In this document: piece by piece, positions 6,561 through 10,476 of the stretch
Position numbering within the stretch: the stretch's first letter is position 1
How the letters are laid out: each line of letters opens with the position of its first letter
NCBI GenBank assembly: GCA_022560555.1
Contig: JADFSZ010000047.1
Location: forward strand, 1-10,476
Length of the DNA stretch: 10,476 bases
From: PVC group bacterium
Lineage (GTDB): Bacteria; GCA-001730085; JADFSZ01
Reading direction: 5' to 3'
Notes under the pieces: generated by a model
Seen by the model: the letters and a program-made list of their open reading frames with translations, nothing else
Told to the model about the DNA's origin: nothing
The model's database searches: none
Made by a program: the position numbers and the translations under genes

Positions 6561-7265
6561 TTGCCTCGCTCTCCTGCCATATTTTCTAAAACCATAAAAA
6601 AGACACTATGGAATGTGTACGACGCGCTCGGATTTCTCATTCGGAGTAATTTTTATTTCTTTTTAGGCAGTTTGTTCATTGTAACCATTCCCGTTTCTTT
6701 TGTTTCTTTGGTTGGGGTTATCGATGCTCATTATAAATCTCCGGACTCGGAGGGCACAAGCTTTTGGAAGTCCTACCAAAAGTATTTCTGGGTGAGTAGT
6801 AAATATTTTGCCGGATACGCGCTATTTGTCGCGATGGTATTCTGGGGCTGGGGATTTTTTATGCAGATAGAAGGTTGGATGCGGTACATCGGAATATTTT
6901 TAGAGACGATTGCCGGATGGTTGTTAATTTTGTTCGGGCTTGTGAGTGTGTATGCGCCGTCTGTGATTGTTCAAGCAAAGGGGAAGGTCTCGATTTCTCA
7001 AATATGGACGAATTGTTTCATGCAGTTTTTAGCTTTTCCGTGGTTGAGTTTTTGTTTGTGGGGAGGTATTTTGGTTTGGGTGTTGCTATGTGTTTGGACA
7101 AAAATTCTGATGATTCTTGTCGCAAGTGTATTGGGGGTATTGCTGACAAATACGTATACCCTTTCACGGGCGTTTGCAAAGGGAGAAGATATAACTCTTG
7201 CCGAAAGATCCTGGAAAGGTTTTTGGAGGCCTTGGGAAGGAAGTGATGAAAAAACCACAAAATAA
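6561..7265 (+). CDS. Polytopic membrane protein, DUF624/YesL-like (a family often encoded next to sugar ABC transporters)
   Basis: This is a 234-aa ORF with about 5-6 hydrophobic segments (FYFFLGSLFIVTIPVSFVSLVGV; YALFVAMVFWGWGFF; IGIFLETIAGWLLILFGLV; FLAFPWLSFCLWGGILVWVLLCVW; ILMILVASVLGVLL). The family assignment rests on topology, position and N-terminal resemblance only. The start is TTG at 6561; a GTG at 6615 is an alternative. Confidence 0.55.
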   Translation: MPRSPAIFSKTIKKTLWNVYDALGFLIRSNFYFFLGSLFIVTIPVSFVSLVGVIDAHYKSPDSEGTSFWKSYQKYFWVSSKYFAGYALFVAMVFWGWGFFMQIEGWMRYIGIFLETIAGWLLILFGLVSVYAPSVIVQAKGKVSISQIWTNCFMQFLAFPWLSFCLWGGILVWVLLCVWTKILMILVASVLGVLLTNTYTLSRAFAKGEDITLAERSWKGFWRPWEGSDEKTTK

Positions 7266-8076
7266 AAATGAAATTATTGTTCGTGATACCGAGGAATGCA
7301 AATTGGTTCATTTTCTTTCCCGCGCACTTAAGATCACACGAAGACGTGCGAAATCCCTTATTGATGCCCGGCAGGTTTTCGTTAACAACAAACGCACATG
7401 GATGGCGTCTCACCTCTTGGAAAAAGGAGATGTTGTTGAGTGGATCCGGGTGGAAAAGCCGGATACTAAAACACAGGATTTTAGGGTTCTTTTCGAAGAC
7501 ACGTGGCTGATGGCCGTTGACAAACCCCCTTTCATTACGACGACGGGGAAATCAAGTATGGAATACCTGCTTAAAAGACGCGACAAGTGCCTCTCGGCCA
7601 TCCATCGACTTGATCGGGATACATCCGGAGTCGTTTTGTTCGCGAAAAATCAAGAGGTTTTTGAAGGAATGAAAAAACTATTTCGATCGCATAAAGTCCG
7701 AAAAATATATCGTGTGATTGTTCGCGGGAAATTGCTTCAGCAGAACATAACAATAAAAAAAGCTCTAGACGGAAAACAGGCTCTGACGAAAGTGAAGCGT
7801 CTAAAAACATCTCAACACGCGACCTCTGTTGAATGTGATATTGTGACAGGACGAAAGCATCAAATCAGACGTCATTTAGCAGCCATCGGTCATGCCGTTT
7901 TAGGGGATCAAGTCTATGATGTGGGCCCTATTCGAATGAAAACTTTTCGACGGATTCCCCGCCAAATGATTCACGCAAGCCAAGTCAGTTTTCGTTCACC
8001 GTTCAATGGTAAAGCGATCCTGATTAGCTCAAAATTACCGAAGGACTTCGAGGGATCATTAAAAATGGTTTTGTGA
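7246..8076 (+). CDS. RluA-family 23S rRNA pseudouridine synthase with N-terminal S4-like RNA-binding domain (RluD/RluC-like)
   Basis: The catalytic motif HRLDRDTSGVVLFAKN and the motif GRKHQIRRHLAAIGHAVLGDQVY are present. The N-terminal S4-like segment is LSRALKITRRRAKSLIDARQVFVNNK. I prefer the ATG at 7246 (GGAAGGAAG RBS at 7233-7241) over the TTG at 7198 in the ORF track. Confidence 0.88.
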   Translation: MKKPQNKNEIIVRDTEECKLVHFLSRALKITRRRAKSLIDARQVFVNNKRTWMASHLLEKGDVVEWIRVEKPDTKTQDFRVLFEDTWLMAVDKPPFITTTGKSSMEYLLKRRDKCLSAIHRLDRDTSGVVLFAKNQEVFEGMKKLFRSHKVRKIYRVIVRGKLLQQNITIKKALDGKQALTKVKRLKTSQHATSVECDIVTGRKHQIRRHLAAIGHAVLGDQVYDVGPIRMKTFRRIPRQMIHASQVSFRSPFNGKAILISSKLPKDFEGSLKMVL

Positions 8077-8126
8077 TAAAATAAGTCCATCAGAGACGCG
8101 AAGAAAGGGTAGAAGGTTTTTTTATT

Positions 8127-9407
8127 ATGCTGGATATTAGATTTATTCGGGATCATATGGATCAGGTTCAAGAATCATCCAAATGGAAAAAATGCGATGT
8201 CGATCTTGATAGGATTCTTCAATTGGATGATGAACGGTGTTTGATTATTCATGAGGCGGATACTCTCAAGGAGGAGCGAAATCTTACATCCGCTAAGATT
8301 GGTAAAATGATCAACGAAAAACAAGATGTGTCACAACTTAAATCAGAGATGAAGCGCGTCGGAGAAAAAATTAAAGACTATGACGAGAAATTAGCAAACC
8401 TCTTATCCGAGATCCATGAACTTCTTTTGTGGGTTCCTAATATAATTCATGTGTCCACGCCGCGGGGGGCCTCGTCCAAAGAAAATGAACTCATTAAATC
8501 GTGGGGAAAAAAACCAGAGTTTTCTTTCCGGCCTGTTTTGCATTGGGAGTTGGGCGTAAGTCTCAATATTTTAGATTTTGAACGCGCGAGTAAAATGTCG
8601 GGAAGCGGATTCGTGATTTTTAAAAATGATGGGGTTCGTCTTCAAAGAGCGCTGATTCAGTTTATGCTGGATGTTCATCGTGAAGAGCATGGTTGTTCTG
8701 AAGTCTCTGTGCCGTTTCTTGTGGACACAAAAACCATGACGGGGACCGGTCAACTTCCGAAGCTTAAAGAGGATATGTATCGGCTCCGGACGGACGATCT
8801 CTATTTGATTCCCACAGCCGAAGTTCCCGTCACGAATATGTTTCAAAATGAAATCATGGATGAAGATGCGCTTCCGATCAATTTATGTTCTTATACGCCG
8901 TGCTTTCGCCGTGAGGCGGGGTCCTGGGGCAAAGAGACGAGGGGCTTGCATCGCCTGCACCAATTTGACAAGGTGGAAGTAGTGAAGTTTGTCAAACCGG
9001 AAACTTCGTATGACGAACACGAGATTCTTTTGGAGTACGCGGAACGTATTTTACAGAAACTCGGACTTCATTATCGTGTGATGCTTTTGAGCGCGGGAGA
9101 TTTAAGTTTTGCCGCGTCCAAATGTTATGATATAGAAGTCTGGGCTTCGGCTCAGGAAAAATATCTTGAAGTCTCATCTTGCAGTAATTTTGAAGATTTT
9201 CAAGCGAGGCGTTCACAAATACGCTTTAAGGATAAGAGGTTGAAAAAAAACCGGTTTGTACACACATTGAATGCGTCAGGAATTGCCTTGCCCCGGACGA
9301 TAATCGCGATTCTTGAGCAGTATCAGCAAAAAGACGGTTCTGTCATAATTCCGGAAGTTTTACGTCCGTATATGGGGCAAAAGGAAAGGCTTCAAAATGC
9401 GAGTTGA
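8127..9407 (+). CDS. serS: Seryl-tRNA synthetase
   Basis: It has the N-terminal coiled-coil arm ([10 protein letters not shown]...). Class II motif 2 is [26 protein letters not shown] and motif 3 is [19 protein letters not shown]. Length is 426 aa. GAAGG lies upstream of the ATG. Confidence 0.95.
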   Translation: MLDIRFIRDHMDQVQESSKWKKCDVDLDRILQLDDERCLIIHEADTLKEERNLTSAKIGKMINEKQDVSQLKSEMKRVGEKIKDYDEKLANLLSEIHELLLWVPNIIHVSTPRGASSKENELIKSWGKKPEFSFRPVLHWELGVSLNILDFERASKMSGSGFVIFKNDGVRLQRALIQFMLDVHREEHGCSEVSVPFLVDTKTMTGTGQLPKLKEDMYRLRTDDLYLIPTAEVPVTNMFQNEIMDEDALPINLCSYTPCFRREAGSWGKETRGLHRLHQFDKVEVVKFVKPETSYDEHEILLEYAERILQKLGLHYRVMLLSAGDLSFAASKCYDIEVWASAQEKYLEVSSCSNFEDFQARRSQIRFKDKRLKKNRFVHTLNASGIALPRTIIAILEQYQQKDGSVIIPEVLRPYMGQKERLQNAS

Positions 9408-10134
9408 TAAACGCAAGGTTCATCAAATTCGTCCTGTGATCATCCAAAGAGATTTTACAGAAAATGCCGACGGATCTGTTTTAATATCTTGTGGGAATAC
9501 TAAGGTAATTTGTACCGCCATGGTAGAAGAGAAAACCCCGAATTTTCTTAAAGATAAAAATCAAGGATGGATTACCGCGGAGTATAGTATGCTTCCCGGA
9601 GCCACCAAGCCGCGATCAAGCCGTGAAGCATCAAAGGGAAGACAAGGGGGCAGAACCATGGAGATCCAACGTTTGATTGGCCGGTCTCTAAGGAGTGTTG
9701 TTGATCTTGAATGTCTCGGCCCCAGAACGATATGGATCGATTGTGATGTTATCCAAGCGGATGGCGGAACCCGATGCGCCTCGATTACGGGAGCGATGGT
9801 GTCATTGTGTGACGCGATTCAAAGACTTTTAGATCAGAAAATGATTAAAAAAAATCCCATTTCTTCCTTGATGGGAGCCATTAGCGTTGGTCTTGTTGAA
9901 GGGGAAGTTCTTTTGGATCTTTGTTATGAAGAAGACTGTCGAGCGAGCGTCGATATGAATGTTGTGATGGCTGAAGACGGGCGATTTGTAGAACTGCAAG
10001 CCACGGGTGAAGAAGCGCCGTTTGCTGAAAGTGAATACAAAAAAATGCTTAGGACAGCCAAAAAGGGGATTCGTGAACTTTTGAAAATTCAAAGAAAAGT
10101 GTTGCGCGGTAAGTCGAAGAAATCAAAACGTTAA
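9397..10134 (+). CDS. rph: Ribonuclease PH
   Basis: [47 protein letters not shown] and [19 protein letters not shown] are canonical RNase PH motifs. The start overlaps the serS stop by 11 nt. There is a short Lys-rich C-terminal tail. Confidence 0.95.
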   Translation: MRVDKRKVHQIRPVIIQRDFTENADGSVLISCGNTKVICTAMVEEKTPNFLKDKNQGWITAEYSMLPGATKPRSSREASKGRQGGRTMEIQRLIGRSLRSVVDLECLGPRTIWIDCDVIQADGGTRCASITGAMVSLCDAIQRLLDQKMIKKNPISSLMGAISVGLVEGEVLLDLCYEEDCRASVDMNVVMAEDGRFVELQATGEEAPFAESEYKKMLRTAKKGIRELLKIQRKVLRGKSKKSKR

Positions 10135-10147
10135 AATTGAGGGTCTT

Positions 10148-10476
10148 GTGGAAATTGTTCTCGCGACAAGAAATCCAAATAAAAAAAAGGAAATTTTATC
10201 TATAGTTAAAAAATTGGGATTATTTGTAAAGATATTTACACTTGATGATTTTCCTGATTGTCCCGAAGTTGAAGAAGACGGATGTACCTTTGAAGAGAAT
10301 GCGGCCAAAAAAGCTTTAAGCGTCGCGCTTCACACTCAAAAATTAACACTCGCGGATGACTCCGGGCTCATGGTTTTTGCCTTAAACGGAGCCCCTGGTG
10401 TTCACTCGGCTCTATTCGCGGGTCCTCAGAAAGATGATGCTTTGAACAACCAGAAACTTCTCGTAAGCCTTAAAGG
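10148..10476 (+). CDS. rdgB: dITP/XTP pyrophosphatase (RdgB/HAM1 family), 5' part; continues past the right edge
   Basis: From the GTG at 10148 the translation is VEIVLATRNPNKKKEILSIV...EEDGCTFEENAAKKAL...ADDSGLMVFALNGAPGVHSALFAG, which matches the RdgB/HAM1 motifs (ATxNxxKxxE, ETGxTFxENAxxKA, DDSGLxVxALxGxPG). GAGGG lies at 10139-10143. The rph-rdgB adjacency is conserved in many bacteria (for example B. subtilis rph-ysnA). The gene is not in the ORF track because it is truncated and has a non-ATG start. Confidence 0.85.
   Translation, partial: MEIVLATRNPNKKKEILSIVKKLGLFVKIFTLDDFPDCPEVEEDGCTFEENAAKKALSVALHTQKLTLADDSGLMVFALNGAPGVHSALFAGPQKDDALNNQKLLVSLK

Noticed and set aside
7198-7245. TTG at 7198 as the start of the pseudouridine synthase, as given in the ORF track
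   Set aside because: The extra 16 residues lie within the upstream membrane-protein gene. The ATG at 7246 has a good GGAAGGAAG RBS and gives a normal S4-domain N-terminus.
6875-7246. Cys-rich 123-aa alternative-frame ORF inside the membrane-protein gene. It ends in a TGATG overlap with the rlu start codon.
   Set aside because: The overlapping frame 6561..7265 encodes coherent transmembrane helices along its whole length. The Cys richness of the alternative frame is a by-product of TG/GT-rich codons for Val/Leu/Trp/Phe. The ORF has no motif and no RBS.
7018-7413. 131-aa minus-strand ORF spanning the junction between the membrane-protein gene and the rlu gene
   Set aside because: It is antisense to two well-supported + strand genes, has no recognisable domain, and would break an otherwise uniform + strand operon-like string.
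1-10476. Scan for CRISPR repeats, tRNA/rRNA/tmRNA genes, riboswitch-sized leaders, IS/transposase or integrase genes, toxin-antitoxin pairs and known defence genes
   Set aside because: I found no periodic direct repeats and no cloverleaf-like or rRNA-like segments. Apart from the AT-rich stretch at 90..184, the intergenic gaps are at most about 70-110 nt. Every ORF above about 200 aa is accounted for by the assignments above. This was a visual scan only, so covariance-model searches (tRNAscan-SE, Infernal/Rfam) would be needed to be definitive.

Overview
This window is about 10.5 kb of a bacterial chromosome. Hand counts on sample blocks give roughly 43% G+C for the bulk.

From about 1376 to the right edge there is one uninterrupted, tightly packed + strand run of 11 genes, almost all housekeeping:
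- purU
- a family-2 glycosyltransferase
- a TPR+SPOR envelope protein
- miaA
- two CUT1-type sugar ABC permeases
- a DUF624/YesL-like membrane protein
- an S4+RluA-family pseudouridine synthase
- serS
- rph
- the 5' part of rdgB

Many junctions overlap or are separated by only a few nt: serS/rph by 11 nt, permease 1/permease 2 by 17 nt, membrane protein/rlu by 20 nt, and a 4-nt gap between miaA and permease 1.

The only unusual content is at the left end. A single minus-strand ORF (185..1312) joins in frame the truncated N-terminal domain of a SAM hydroxide adenosyltransferase (DUF62 family) to a KY/Cyk3-type transglutaminase-like cysteine-protease module with an intact Cys-His-Asp triad. The domain junction (about nt 965-985) coincides with an abrupt drop from about 50% to about 28-30% G+C, and that AT-rich block continues to the left edge of the window.

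I see no CRISPR array, tRNA/rRNA gene, transposase/integrase, toxin-antitoxin pair or recognisable defence gene, and no multi-gene novel system. The chimeric ORF at the edge of an apparently foreign AT-rich block is the best candidate for something new, but an assembly misjoin cannot be excluded from sequence alone.
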